Shown here: positions 23,734-38,700 of the stretch, piece after piece | Layout of the letters: each line of letters opens with the position of its first letter | Numbering within the stretch: position 1 is the first letter of the stretch | Source of the DNA: Podarcis liolepis | Lineage: Eukaryota | Strand: one strand, 5' to 3' | NCBI GenBank assembly: GCA_965112155.1 | Contig: OZ218101.1 | Length of the DNA: 64,000 nucleotides | Translations under genes and position numbers: made by a program | Notes under the pieces: model-generated | The model's input: the letters and a program-made list of their open reading frames with translations, nothing else | The model's database searches: none | What the model was told of the DNA's origin: nothing

Positions 23734-26700
23734 ATGATGATAGTAATAATTTATTATTTATACCCCGCCCATCTGGCTGGGTTTCCCACTCTGAATATTA
23801 AAAACACAATACAGCATTAAACATTAAAAACTTCCCTAAACTTCCCTTTATGTTGCTACGGCCTGGGACATTGTCCAGTGACTATTACATCCATGCTACA
23901 GCATGATGCCATGGCTTAGACTAAGCCAGGAAAGTGATACGTCGACTTTAATATATTGCTTTGTGGAACAGTCTGCCACCCTTTTGGCGCAATCTTTTAA
24001 GAGTTTTCTCTTGAGCAGTTTTTTCCATTTGCAGAAAATCCAGAAGCGTTCTGGAACTTATGAAGGCACAAGCGTAGCATATGTAATTGTTTCTTTGCTC
24101 CCTGTTCACAAGACCAGGTGCTTAGTACATTTGAAAATGCAGCCTCCACTCACTGGTATAGTTTTATAGAGCTGACACGGTATGGAAAATGGCGGTATGT
24201 CTGCATACAAAACAGTTGGATAGAGATGACATTGAGGAATCTTCTCAATATAGCCATAGTCCAAGTACTGCACCTACACAAAAAGCAACAAAATCAGTAG
24301 ATTATTTCCCAAGCTTTCATGATGTGATTCTATTCTGTTTTTAAATGCATGCCAGCAAGGCACAACAGACCCATCCTTCGCTTTTTTACCCTAGAGGTAG
24401 TTTGGGGAAGTAGGAATGACCTAACTGGGGAAGAGGAGCTATTGAGTCTCTTTAAGGTAGTCAGACTCCCTGGAAAAGACCCTGATGTTGGGGAAAGATG
24501 GAGGGCACAAGGAGAAGGGGACGACAGAGGACGAGATGGTTGGACAGTGTTCTCGAAGCTACCAGCATGAGTCTGGCCAAACTGTGGGAGGCAGTGGAAG
24601 ACAGGAGTGCCTGGCGTGCTCTGGTCCAGGGGGTCACGAAGAGTCGGGCATGACTAAACAACAACAACAACAAGGTACCTACCCACCCCAGCACCATGGA
24701 CTACTTGAAAACTGCTGGGCTGCTTAATTATTTTTCTGTCTGTTGTAGAAATTACAAAGCACTATGCTGGATGAGTCTTAATTGCATTTTTCTTGCTTCT
24801 TTTATCATATTATATTTTATTGTATTACAATTTGAATTTTTCACAAACATGCTTCAGCTCACGCAGTTTGGGAACCTCTGCTTTAAAGGAAATAAGTACC
24901 TCGATTACAAAATCATGAACTGTGGTAGTTTAGTGAAGCTATTTATTAACACGCAAATTTATCAGGACACATGCAAGAATTACAGGCAAAACCTTCTTCC
25001 CCCCCATATTGTTGTTTAGTTGTTTAGTCGTGTCTGACTCTTCGTGACCCCATGGACCAGAGCACGCCAGGCACTCCTGTCTTCCACTGCCTCCTGCAGT
25101 TTGGTCAGATTCATGTTTGTAGCTTCGAGAACACTGTCCAACCACCCCCCATATTAGTGTGCAAGTAAGGTATGTGCAACCGTGCCCATCTTGGAAGTCA
25201 CCCAAAAAATGTCACAAAAAGGGGCAGGGCGTTTGAAGGCTTTTTCAATGGTGTTTCAAATATACACAATTTCACTTAAACGTGCGCTGCCTTGGAACAT
25301 AACCCCTGTGTAAATGGGGGCTTGCCTGTACTCAAGTGTTATCTCCTGGATCTCCCAATTGTTAGCTTCCTTTGTTTCATCTATAGAATTTCTAAATCAC
25401 TCATTAAACAACGCTCAGAGCTTTACAGGCAGAACGTTCTACCACGTTCTTTACTCCTCCTGGGCTTAAGGAAAATAATAATGACCACCCCTACACTTGC
25501 CAAGGTGGTAGCAAACATCCCTTACTTCTAATCAAAACTCATACTAAGAGGCCATGATAGGAACACATGAATATGCCTTATCCCAAACCAGACCACTGAT
25601 CCATCTGGCTTAGTATTGTCAACACCAACAGACACCAGACTGCCGGGCCTTCGGGCAAGAGAGATTCCCAGAGCTACCTGGAGATTCTAGGAATGAGCTA
25701 GGGTCCTTCTGCATGCCAAGCAGATACTCAGCTCCTGAGCATTTGTTCTTCCCCATCAAGGGAATGCAATTCTTGTCACACCAGTCTTACCTTGGTAATG
25801 CCACAGCCAACTTCCAAAACTTCCCCTCGATACCACAATGTATCTGCTGCTCTTACAACACAAGCTTCTCCCTTTTTCCAACTGTAGGGTTCCAAAAGAC
25901 CTAGACATTTGAAGTTCTTCTGTATATCGCTCATCAGCGTATTTAGCTGCTGCTCTGGAGAAAAATGCCAAGAAGGGAGCTTTGTTAATGCTATTTATAT
26001 GATCATTTTCAACCAAGTTCCATATATTCGTATAGTGGAATATCAATATAATGGCTTAACGGAATAATTTAAGAGTTGGAACGTAAAATGCATTTGAATA
26101 AAATGCTAAATTTCCTTGAGGTATGAGTGGCAGCATTATTTACACTTTAGGAGAGGCTGCTGTAGTTCAGAGAAAGTAGAAACAGTCAAGAAAGAGGCAA
26201 TCCTTCTCCCAGGGGAGGATTTTTTGGGGGGACCTCTTTGTTTTTACTCTCCATGGAATAGACCTGCTTCTGCTACTGTAAAAATGCTACCTCTAAATAC
26301 AAATTACTTCATGATATACTGGCATTGTGGTTTTTTTTATTATTAAAAAAAGCAGGTACTCATTTGCAAACTGCATGTATACAGAAGTTTATTATGTTTG
26401 ATTTTTTTATCGTGTTTTTAATATTCTGTTGGAAGCTGCCCAGAGTGGCTGAGGAGGGTTAACAGACAGTCCTATTTTGTAAATAACAACAACAACAACA
26501 TGTACAAAATAGGACTCTGTTAACTAACTGAACGTTTGTGCAAAGTACTACGATAGGCATCGTAACAGAAATTACAGTTTACAGCTAACACATGGCTAGC
26601 AATGGACTCCTGTGACATTCAATTATACAAATCCAAATTTGTCACAACTATTGCTGGAGCAGGTGCAGTTAAAGGCACCCTCTCTCATTTATGGAAGGCA

Positions 26701-29700
26701 TAGGCCAGTTTCCCAAACTTGGGGAAAATCATTCCTAGCTAGCAGAACCAGTAGGTCAGGGATGATGGGAATTGTAGTCCAAAAACAGCTGGAGACCCAC
26801 GTTTGGGGAAAACTGGCCTAGGCAATGGTGCAGATTTCCTGGCACACGATTTTTGCTTCTGTTAGTTTCATTTTCCAGCAATTTGTAGTACTTGATCCTA
26901 TTCCGCTGCTCTCTATTTAGAATGAATAGTGTCATATAAAAGATTTGATACTCAAATTCCTAGTGGCTGCCAGACTTGAAATCATGGCTTACTCGAGGAT
27001 CTGAGTGGCTGCTCAATTAATAGTTTGTGTGCTAGGGTCTGGCAACTGGCTCTGGCTGAAAAATTAACAATGTAGAAAAGCTAGGGGAGAAATACACACA
27101 GACAAGTTCTCAGCAACACGGTTCCAATTTATTATATATGCAAGTACTGAGATAAAATGCTTTGCCGACCAGCGAACACTATCTCCTTTTGGAGGGACTC
27201 TGGTTTCTGGTCTCAAAGTTTGTTTCCTTTTTTGCATCCAACTTTGGCTGCTTTTCCTGCTATGCTGTAGAGCTGTGGAACACAGCTCAGTTTATGTTGT
27301 TTTGCAAGGTTTGTGTTGTATTTTATTGATACAAATCAGTAACAACCAAGTGAAGAAGAAGAAGAAGAAGAAGAGTTTGGATTTGATATCCCGCCTTTCA
27401 CTCCCCTTCAGGAGTCTCAAAGCGGCTAACATTCTCCTTTCCCTTCCTCCCCCACAACAAACACTCTGTGAGGTGAGTGGGGCTGAGAGACTTCACAGAA
27501 GTGTGACTGGCCCAAGGTCACCCAGCAGCTGCATGTGGAGGAGCGGAGACACGAACCCGGTTTCCCAGATTACGTGACTACCGCTCTTAACCACTACACC
27601 ACACTGGCTCTCTTAAGTGTTAAGAAAACAGTGTACTAATGCTGCAATTGCATATCATCACTGCTGTACAACATTTCCCCTTTTACCTTGTGACTTTGGA
27701 ATCACATAAATAGTTCCTGTGTCTGAAACACAGCTGACTACAGCACTGAAGACGAGCGAGGTAGGAACAGCTGGTGGTTTGTAGGCTTCAACCGTTACAG
27801 GGCAAGTCAAAGAGACCTTCAATTCTTGCTCTTTGTGATCTGTGATCGAAGGATCAATGTCTTCCTCTGGTTTGGAAGAGGTTGGTGTACACTCTGTGTC
27901 TGCAAGCAATTGGCTTACGTCTACATTCTCCTGCTGGAAGGGCGTGTCAGGTAGCTTCTCAAGGGATGGTGTACTAGGTGCTCTAGGGGAGCTTCAACAG
28001 AAAGTATGTCAGCAAGTAAAGGAATCAAATAACATTCAAGCTTTATTTCTAGCCCAAAGACTTTTTCAGGCCAATTCTTTTCTTGAATTCTGCAGCTTAG
28101 GAAAGTTACTAAGGGGACCTGACCCGGAACTTACCTACTCATGGGGCAACTTTAACATGTGGGTAAGACCACCTGCCTATCATTCACCCAACATCATGAA
28201 GAAATTATCTCCATCTGGCTTTTCTAAAGAGCTAGATGACACTTAGTGAAAAATACCCTCTAATACCTTTCTTAAAGAGTTCTAGTGCTAATTAGTCCTC
28301 AATACTATTGATAAACTAAACCGAGTCTGGTTGTCTGAGGTGCTAGCAGCTGTTGGCTTTGTTAGGAATTAGTAACATTAAACTTGATTCAAGTAACAAA
28401 TAATAATACTTCACATTTATATAGTTCATTTCAAATGTTCAAAGCTTTTTTATATAAAGCATCTCCGTTATTACAATGCTCTTATACTGTCTAAAGCCAC
28501 AGGCGATAGCTTTGCCCAAGTGGTTTTCTCTGAACAAAGGAAGGAAATGAACTTAGGCTCAATAGGAAGGAAGTGCTAAATACTTCCTTTGAAGTCACAC
28601 TATTTCCTGCCTTCAAGCGACAGGGAGCGCTAAACTCACTTGGAGACATCCAGCACCCAAGAGAGCATAAATATTCTGAAAAATGCATACCTTCTTTTTC
28701 TAAATGCCAAACCTTCTTTAATCATGTATTCCGAAATGTCAGTATATAGCCCTCCATCTTTGCTAAAAACTTTCACAGGTAAAGGTGACGTGTTACTTTC
28801 CTGGGATAAAACATACTTCTTGTAAGAAAAGGCAGATATTGTTGGTTTTGCACTACTACTATAAAGTGAAACAAAGTTCTTCAGTGTGCAGGAACTGGCC
28901 ATACCATCAAATTAATATACAGCGAACTGCTAGTTTACTGACATATGTCAGGAAATGCAACAAATCCTAGATATTTGTGCTGAGTTCACAACTTCTATAT
29001 ATTAGTAAATGAAATTGTAAATGGGCACAAGCTTCTGTGAGAAGAGTATGGCTAACTTTCCAAAAGTATGTATTTATGATTGGACAGAAGTAGTACTGGA
29101 TTACCAGACTGAGGAATAAATGGGAGAGAAATTGGGTAGATGATGATGATTAAATTAGTATACTGCCCTTCATCTGTAAATTGCAGGGTAGTTCACAGCA
29201 TAAAAATGTAAAATAAAAACACAAAACATGTAACAAAACAAGATCAAATTTTAGATCTTAAAAGGCCAATTGAGTGAAGATTAGTGAGAAATGTTTAGAA
29301 CTGAGGCATCTTCTGTTTATTTAAAATGTGTTCCCTTCACCACCAGGCCTGATTTAAACCATCCTGAGCAAGTACAGCGACAGAATTTGGGAACCTTCCA
29401 TATTCTAATCGATGGGATAGGCAATTAGAAAGCCAAGTACTGCCATGCAGACTTAAGACAATAATTTGTATTCCCAGATGTTTTTATAGCTAGGACATTA
29501 ACATACATCATACAGAACAACTGAAGAGAATGTTGTTGACATCTCTGCACGATACTCTTTGCTATATATCAAACACTGGCTTAGTTGTCATCCTGTTTGC
29601 AGATAAACCAGATATAATCATCAATAGCTATCTGGCATATTTGGATACAGCCATAACCTCCCTTACAGGAGGGAGTGACCAACCAACCAACCAACCAACC

Positions 29701-32700
29701 AACCCCAAATGAAGGGTTCTGGGATGCAGAACATCAACTGCAACCTCCCAACAGTGTTACTTCACCCCCAAAGGCACACTCCTCCATTGCCTCTTGAAAC
29801 AGATGGATGCCAACCAAAGTATTTGCTTGTAGAGCAGGCTCATAACTTAGGTGGATTTTACTTGCACAATTTCAACTTTACACGCTTGGTGGCTGGCCGG
29901 TTGAAATCACAAATTAAACGCCAAAAATTTTATGCCAGGAAGTGCTTGCTGACAAGCCAAGTCTCCTTAAAATGATCTGCCCACCCCCTCAACATAAGCT
30001 GGCAAGTTTTCACTAAACTCAATGGTTTCCAAAGGAGACTTTGATGTTGGCCAAAGTGTTCTTAGTCAACTACCTGATTCGCTGTCATTACTTAACCAAC
30101 TGCATTCTATCACAGCAGCCAGATTGTGCTCTTTTCACTACAGGGAGAAGCTAGTAAAAATACTGGCCAATTCTAGTTTTAACAAAGCAGAACCACACAT
30201 AGATTTTGTCACTTCCTCCTTAGAGAGAAGTGTTCAAGGTTGTGTGAGCTAAGGCATATTCCAAGTCTTCATCCAGACAGAATCCTGGGGGCCTGAAGTA
30301 ATAGAGGGACACGTTCCAGTATCTTAGCCAACTACATACTCCACGTTTCAGTTGTACAAAGAGGTTACAATTCTCCCCCCAAAAAACTTGCACTGGTAAA
30401 TCAGACATTTACTACTACAAAGCTCTCTATTAAAGTTAGGCCTATACCACTACTAACCTGTATTATTAGGTTTACCACAGCTCCAGTTAAGTAACGTGCA
30501 AGAACATCGCAGGCAGTTCCTGTCCACTGCTCAGTCCCACCAGCTGGTCTAAAACAAGATACATAGGGAGGAATGAAATAAAAATCATTTCATCTCAAAT
30601 GATACCCTCTCCCCTATTGTTCATATAATTGCTGGAGAGGATACAGATCTTCCAGCAGGCAGAACATCTGTAACAGCATCAGTTTGATTAAGCATTATAT
30701 TTTTCAATTGCCCAGTGAGTCTTGTTCCTTATTTTAAAAATATAGAGAAATTTCAAAGTCTTGCTGACAAATACAAATGCTGCCCAAGGAGCACTGGAAA
30801 TGGCCACTCCTAGTGCTTCTACATGGCATGTGAACACATGGTATAGCGGATACAGGTTTGGGCACCCTGCTTCAGGCCCAAGTTCAAATCCCAACACCGC
30901 TGCAACACTTGCAGAATGGGAGAAAGGATGTTTTAGAACCGAATGAAATGGACACTTTACCTTATGTCTGTTAGTGAGCACTCTATTGCAAGAGGCTTGT
31001 GCGTCTTCAGATTCTGCTCAAGTTCTCTTAGGGAGACACTATCTATAGTTTTAGTTATGCCAAAGTCAATGAGGAACACCTGCAAAAGACAGGTGTAAGA
31101 AAAATACAGTTCTTCAATGGCCCAAATTAGACTTATCACGGACCTACAAAACTCTGGCTGGCTTTGTTAGGAAACTTCTCTTAGCCGGCTACAGAGTACA
31201 AACCTCATTATGATACTGCAAAAATCTTGCATTCATTTTCAAAAGAAGTAATACATCATTTAGCCTGTTTAACTGATTAATAAGTTTTTATGTAGGATAA
31301 AGAATGCATTAAATTTCACGTATTAAATTACTAAATGAGTGCTTCCTAGTCATAATGAACGCAGTGATACTTATCTACATAAAGCAGTGATTTTATTTAC
31401 CTCAAGTTTACTTTCTGAAACAATCCTGCGGATTTGGCCTCTCTGCCACTGATTCAAATCATGTACATAAGCAGCACAATTCATATCAATTTTCCATTCA
31501 ACTGTTTCTCTTTCTGATTCCAAGTAAGTGGCTGCCATCTTTTCCTGTAAACTAATATTATAAGTAGCCAAATAGACAATCAAATCTACATTGCCAGTAT
31601 TGTTCTGAAAGAAACATACTTTTCTAAAGGCTAAAGATACGGTAGGGTCAATAATTTATTTAACTGTTAAGATTACAACTGTACATTATTTTCTAGTCTT
31701 GAAAATAATGCACAGTTGTGCGTTTCGAACCCGCGCTTCATCATTTAGTTCCAAGGACTTTAACAAATATGACATTAACACAAAAGAATTAGCAATATTT
31801 CTAAAGGGGAACACATAAAACATGAAATCATAGATGAAGCATCAATAAAACTGTACATGGGATGCCATTCCACCCCATGGACCTTAATTAGCAGCAGTAG
31901 CACAAGAAGGGACTCATCTCAAAACATTATTTCAAATATTTAAACCCCAAGTTGACCAGGGCTTTCTTTATATGTCATCGTAAGCACCTAATAATTGGCA
32001 ACCAATGCAATTCTTTTAGAATCTGTTATATGAAACCAGACAGTGGTGCCCATTAACTAATGGTGCATTTCGCAACATCTGAACCTTTTTCAAAGGCAGA
32101 ACCACTTAACAACACATCCACACTATCGTCCACTCTAGTTCATATAAAGTGCCTAACTGCAGCTAGACTCCCTCTGTTTGGGAAAGCCTATAGCTAATGA
32201 ACCAGCTCAAGCAGAGAATAGGCATCCCTAGCTACAGAAGCCACCCAGGCTTCTAGTGACAATATAGCCTCTAGGAGCAACTCAACCTATGTACCTACTC
32301 TTTCAAGAGGAGTCCAACCTCATCTAAAACAAGGTACCTCTTCAAATCCAGTATCCATGAACCCAGAACAACTTTGTTTTGTATGGTTTCAACTGACCCA
32401 CAACCAGCCCATACTGCCTGTTCCGAGTCAGATGGAAGAGGGGGAATTTTCATGTCGCCTGCATATTTGATGATACTTTACTCCAACTCACTTTTGTCAG
32501 CAGCTTCATACAGATGTTAAATACCATGGGAGTTGGGATCAAACCATGTAGAATCCTGCAGGTCAGTTTCCACATGGCTGAGCAAAAAAAACCCCATTAC
32601 TGTTCTCAGAAACCACCCCCAGCAGGTAGAGTGGAATCCACTACAAAGCCATGCCTCCAGCCCTAAACCACCAGAGGTTCTCCAGGACACTGTGGCCAAT

Positions 32701-35700
32701 GGTACAAAAAACCACAAAGTTCATAAACCATAACCAGGGCTGCATTCCCTGCATCCTTTCTTCCAGATTAATTTGCTCCTAGTATGCTTGTAGCTGAACT
32801 CCCACCATTATCTTGAGCATGTTGTCCAAACAGAACATGGAGCACTTAGCTTGAATGTTCCCTTCGCAGAGTAGGCAGGAGCAGGCCAGAAAGAGTTGGT
32901 TACTTTCTTACACCATTTATGTCAGGTAAAGGGATGAAAGGACCATAAAAATCTGGTCCATCCCAGTTCTGCATGAGGATAGGACCAAGTCTTTCCTGTC
33001 CCCATACATGTGTATGTCTATCTATTTTATCTATTAATCCATCCATGTAAAATATTTTTCTGTCTTTAACTTTCAAGCACTGGCATGCCAGCTACCCACA
33101 ATCGGAAGTGGCCAACATGCTGGGTGTCTTGCCACTGGTACACTTTAATCACAAATACAGTAAGTCCCTGGAATGACACAACATTCTGATGACTTTCTGT
33201 GGACCTCAGGGGTTATTTTATGGAAAAAACATGGCACACTGGCAGCAAAGACTCCTTTCTTAGTTTAATCGCTATTTTCATCATCCTGCAGGAGCTGTAG
33301 AATATGTAAAGTTAAGCAACAACAATTGTCAAAAATGAAAAGAACCAAAAAGCATGAAGTGCTCTGACCCAGGCCAAGTGGGAAAAGGAACTTACCTTTT
33401 CAGAATTTGTTCTGATGACATCAAATGCACGTAGAACTTGCTTGGGGACACAACGTGACTAATTCGCACTTGCAGTTCTTTGCTGCAATCTAATTTTGTA
33501 CCTTCAAGCTGTATCGGCTCTTCGTTCCCAGGCTGTAAATTATCTCCATGAGCTTTGAATAGTTCTTCTGGAGTAGGATCCCAAACTTCATGATGTGATT
33601 CGGTAATCATTTTGGTGTCACTGTAGAATTTGGTTTTATTTAGTTTTTTGTTTCATCTGCCAGTATCAGACAAATAGAAGAAGAAATGCCCTCCACAAAA
33701 CATGACCAACAAGTTTTAAACAAAGACCTGGTTGGCATGTTAACATTAAGCCAAACCATGGCTAAGTGTAAACAAGCAAGAGTGATGGTTTACTGTAAAA
33801 AATAAATCACCACAATGTCACACTACCCTTGCTATGCACAAACTTGGGCTTGTGGTGTGATTTGTCTTGCTCCAAAATGAACCATGAACTGTGAACCAAG
33901 GTTTGTTTCTTGGCTTAGTGTTCAGTTTGTTTGGAATGAGACAAAATCGTGAGTCTAGGTTTGTACACAACACTAAGCCAAGCCATTTAAGCCCTACCTG
34001 AGATGACATTACATACACTTCACTGAGAAATATTGGGCTGCTCAAATTCAGAAGTTGCAAAAAGATTATGAGCGTGTTGAAGTTAATGAAGCTGCACACT
34101 CACCTTAATATATAAGATGCCAGACCTTCTTTAACCAAGAGGCTGTTAACACTCCAAGATGCCTTTGGTGGCACACATACACTTTCATAGAGCTCAACAG
34201 ACAGTATATTGTCTTCAGATTTTTCTAGAGGTAGTTGAAAGAGGTTTAAGTTCAAAATGTCAAAGGAAAGAAATTAGCTACGAGTGTTGGGGAAAGGAGG
34301 CGGCATGATGAAGGTCTTAGCTGTGAACCATTTTATTTTACTTCATTATGTTGGGATTTTATTGCTTTTACCTACTGTGATTTTTAATTGCTTTTGCATT
34401 TTGTAAGCTACCTTAAAAAGTTACGTAGAAAGGTGAGGAACAAAGAAAACCAATTATTAAGACCAGAAGGCTCCTTTGAGACAATTACTTAATAAAATGT
34501 AGTGCCTGTGTATTTATGTGACAGATAATTTAAGTCTCTGCATTAAAAAACTGGATTTTTTTTTAAAAAAAGTGTTCTGAAAGCCTCTGATATTTCCAAA
34601 GCTCCATATTCTTACAAATAATTTTATCTCATTTGTCACCAAAATGGTCAGGTGATGTAGGTTAATAGGATACTGTGACTTAAGATTACAGGTAGGTAGC
34701 CGTGTTGGTCTGCCATAGTTGAAACAAAATTAAAAAAAATCCTTCCAGTAGCACCTTAGAGACCAACTAAGTTTGTTATTGGTATGAGCTTTCGTGTGCA
34801 TTTCGTGTATCTGAAGATGTGTGCATGCACACGAAAACTCATACCAATAGCAAACTTAGTTGGTCTCTAAGGTGCCACTGGAAGGAATTTATTTATTTAT
34901 TTTGTGACTTAAGAGTTAGCCAGCATGTTTTATGGCTGAATTCCAAATACCTGCCCCTCCTTCCAACTGGAAAACCATTGACAGGGTTGGGAATAAGCTG
35001 CCCTGGTGTTCTGGCTGGGCATAGCTGAGCACCGAGCTAATCCAATTAGGTAGGGAAAGGGAAATAGTCCTACACCGATGACAAGAGCAGCAAGCAGTCC
35101 TAACAACATTAAGGTACTTATCCCAAGGAGAAATTGAGAATTTCCCTGACAGGCTGGATGGGAGGCACTGTCCCTATCAAGTTGCTGTCCACTGAGTGAG
35201 AATGGATGATTTGATTTTTGAGTCAGCAACTCTATTTGGCTCTCAATTACTGAGTAAGTTACTCAAGACAGGCAAACACTTACCAATAATAAAGCAGAGC
35301 ATACATTTATCTTGAATTAGTTCTTCAAATCTGTCCTTTGATTTACTACTCCATTCATTTGCTCCTTTATTTGGTATGATATGGGCCAGCTTGCACCTGA
35401 TGGCCTAAATTATAAAACATAGCCCAATTTGTTTATTTAGTTTCAATGCCATCGTTCCTTTAATGAAATTTCAGTGTGCTTACACAGGGCTCCCAGCAAT
35501 CTCTAATCTAGGCAACAATTAAGTACGCATCTCCTGTAGTGCTTTCTTGCTATAGCACAACTATTATCGGACCCACTGCTGAGCCGCAGGGTGCCTACCT
35601 TTCGCACAACAGCAACTTGCCCCACTCTTAAAACATGGCACTTGTGTGCAAATTTCTTTGGCTCTGCGTGTGTTGGAGGGGAGATAGATTCTTAGAGAAA

Positions 35701-38700
35701 AGCTTGACACACGGCTCACTTCTATTACATTTATCATCTTGTTAGAATTTAGTGGACACAGAATTACACTTTATAAGAGAAGATAATTCAGAAACATTAG
35801 GAACTGAATTTCAAGCTGCACAGAAGGTGCTTTGTCAGGAATACACAGCATTCTGCAAATTTAGATTTAACTCATGCGGGATGCAGCTCTAACTTACCTT
35901 TGCTGGGAGAGCTAAAAACTCATCTTTGATTTTACGCATGTCTTGCACATTTATTTTAGCAGTGTTCCCAAAGTCAACATATTTAACCTCAACTTCTTGG
36001 TGGCCTGGCAATCCTTTAGAAAACATTATGCGGTTAGGAATCAATGATACGTGGACATTATAAAATTATAGGAAACATTTGTGTACACCTCAGTCCAGCC
36101 GTACCTCGGTGATTGAGGTGCAGCGTTAAGGAGAGCAATGTTACTGCAGATATATGTAATGCCCTCCGAGCTCCACACACAAACTTTGAAATCAACATCA
36201 CTTCCTTCAAAACCATCCATCAAATACTGCATACATGACAATTTTTAATAATGGCAATATCAACACACAAGAGTCAGATGCTCTTTTACATTATTAAACC
36301 AAGAGAATTCATTAGCCTTTTTAGGTTAGGTTAGGTTTTATATGTTATATTAAAAAACTAAGAACAGTAGCATGTTAATGAACAAGTTACGGCACCCCAT
36401 ATCAGAAATGGCAAACCATGGTTTAACACTTGCCCCACAGATCAGAATTAAAACCTAAATTTTGAAGTGGGTTTCAAATTCTCATTTGGAGCTCAACTGT
36501 GAACCATCGTTTGCCTGTTTTTGCTGCAACTTCAACCTACCTACGGTTTAGCGCAAAGTAGAAAAGTCGAGCCATGTGGCTATTAAACCCTGCTTCATTG
36601 TAGGAAAGATGGGTGTATTACTTGGACATAAGAAAAAGAAATCACAGTGGGAGAATGAAATGGGAAAAACCAGCATTCATTTAAAACAGAAAATGAATTA
36701 AATAGGTGCCTTGAAAATATATAGGTGATTTGATTGGGGGCGGGGGAAGCGTCAAAACAAAAGTCCTCTAACTTAATACTATAGTTACTTACCAACAACC
36801 TGTGCCCTGTACCAAACTCCATCCTCTTCGAATTTTGCTATGCATGGCTGACCCTGGACCGGACAGAGAATTTCCAAGCCAACTCTGCTGTCATTTTTAT
36901 ATACTTCCTCAACTTTGCTCAGAAAAGCTGCAAATTCTGGACCTTCTTCTACCTAACGCAATGGAAACAGTATTAATCACTATGGATTGTAGTCAACACA
37001 CTCTTACTAAATGTAACATCACACAGAAAGTCAAACTGATGCACTCTGTACCTAAAGAACTCGATTTTACATCTGCTGAAGAAATGGGGGAAAGTAGCAC
37101 ATGAAACACTGAAGCCAGACTAATGTGTGAAGATGCATATCAGATAGCTGAGAAAAGGCAGCTGATATTGGAGACTTGCTCAGTTGACATTGCAAATTAA
37201 TCGCATGCAAGGTGGAGAGCTCTTAAGCACTTTCCATGCCGAGTTTTTCTGGCACGGCAAGAGTTTTTAAGCTCGCTGCCTTGCTTACTGGGCTTTGGGA
37301 GGGTCTCACATGGGCTCATCAGCCCCATAACATCTCACGAGAACCTCTCAGAGCCCAATAAAAGCAAGGCAGAGAGCTAAAAAAGTATCTGCTTTGCTTC
37401 AGGGTGGTGGTCAAGATTCCTTTAGTGTGCTGGCTCCGGAAAGGAAGATTACTTGTGCAGGGGTAGTTCCTAAGGCAACTGTGGCTTCAAGTCCCTGGAA
37501 CATAATCCCCATTTAGGTTCTGAGTGATCTGTATATTAAACAAGCACTAGAAAAAGATCTATTAATGTATTTTATACATCTGAAATGGTAACTTGAAAAA
37601 CACACTACTCCCAATTTCCAGCAATAAACTTATCTTTTTATGTTCCAAAATAGAAAGTGTAAAGCATTTTTCTTTTCTTTTTGTAAAATAATTTTTAACA
37701 ATTTTCCATTAATAATATTCCAATTAATAACAAATCAAATCATATCATACCAAATCTCAGGAGCATTTTTCAATAATGTCAACACAAAAATTAAATATAC
37801 TGAATAATACTTACTAGCTGAATGTAGAAATCACCTGGGCTAGTAATATAACTAACAACAATGGTGACTTCTGTATTTTCCTCTGGTATCGCAGGTGCCC
37901 AGTACTGCAGGAATTCAATGTTTTCAGGTTGATCAGAAACTTCAGCACGAAACCTAGTAAAGTAAGAATCTAGAATGAACTGCTGAAGTCAGTCACAAGA
38001 GGAAGTTTTCTATGGCCCCCACCACTGCCTTTTTCTAGAAAAATAGATGCCAGTACTCAGGATGAAGTTGTTACAGCAAGTGCCACATTTTTTAACAAAA
38101 CAAAAAAAGAGGTGCCGATACTGTGTACCCTTGAGCACCCCTTGAAAAAAAAGGACTGGCTTCCACTGGATTCCACAGAACCAATTTAATGACCTGCATT
38201 TGAAACACATGAGAAGGAGCAAGACATACTGTATTTTCCCTTGTATAAAGACTGTATTTTTTCCTAAATTTTTGAAGTTTAAAATAAGAGGTCGTCTTAT
38301 ACATGGGGGTAGTGCATAGTGCATTTTCTTAATTTTGGGTTAAAAAATAGAGGTCTTGTACAGGGGGGGCGTCTTATAGATGGAAAAATATGGTATTTGT
38401 GTGTAAGACTGCAGGCAAAGTGTGACAATATAGGAACACACACAGCCGACAGTTTCCTCTTTCCTGACTTTCTAGTGTTGCCCTTTTCTGCTTCGCCTTT
38501 GCCCAGTTGCAGCCTCACAAGAACAAATCAGCAAACAAAAACGAAATGCCCATGACCAGTAAGTAGGAACAAGGTCTGAAAGTTACTGGGCAAGCCCAAG
38601 CAGTTTATTTCATGAGATGGAAATGAAATGCCAATATTTGGCAGGTAGAGTAGGATATGCAGATATTGGGAAGGATCAGATTGATTCTTCATTTACACAG

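Noticed and set aside
31715-31748. Minus-strand TGATGA..GAAACG hammerhead-like string
   Set aside because: Lacks C3 and convincing stem I/II pairing.
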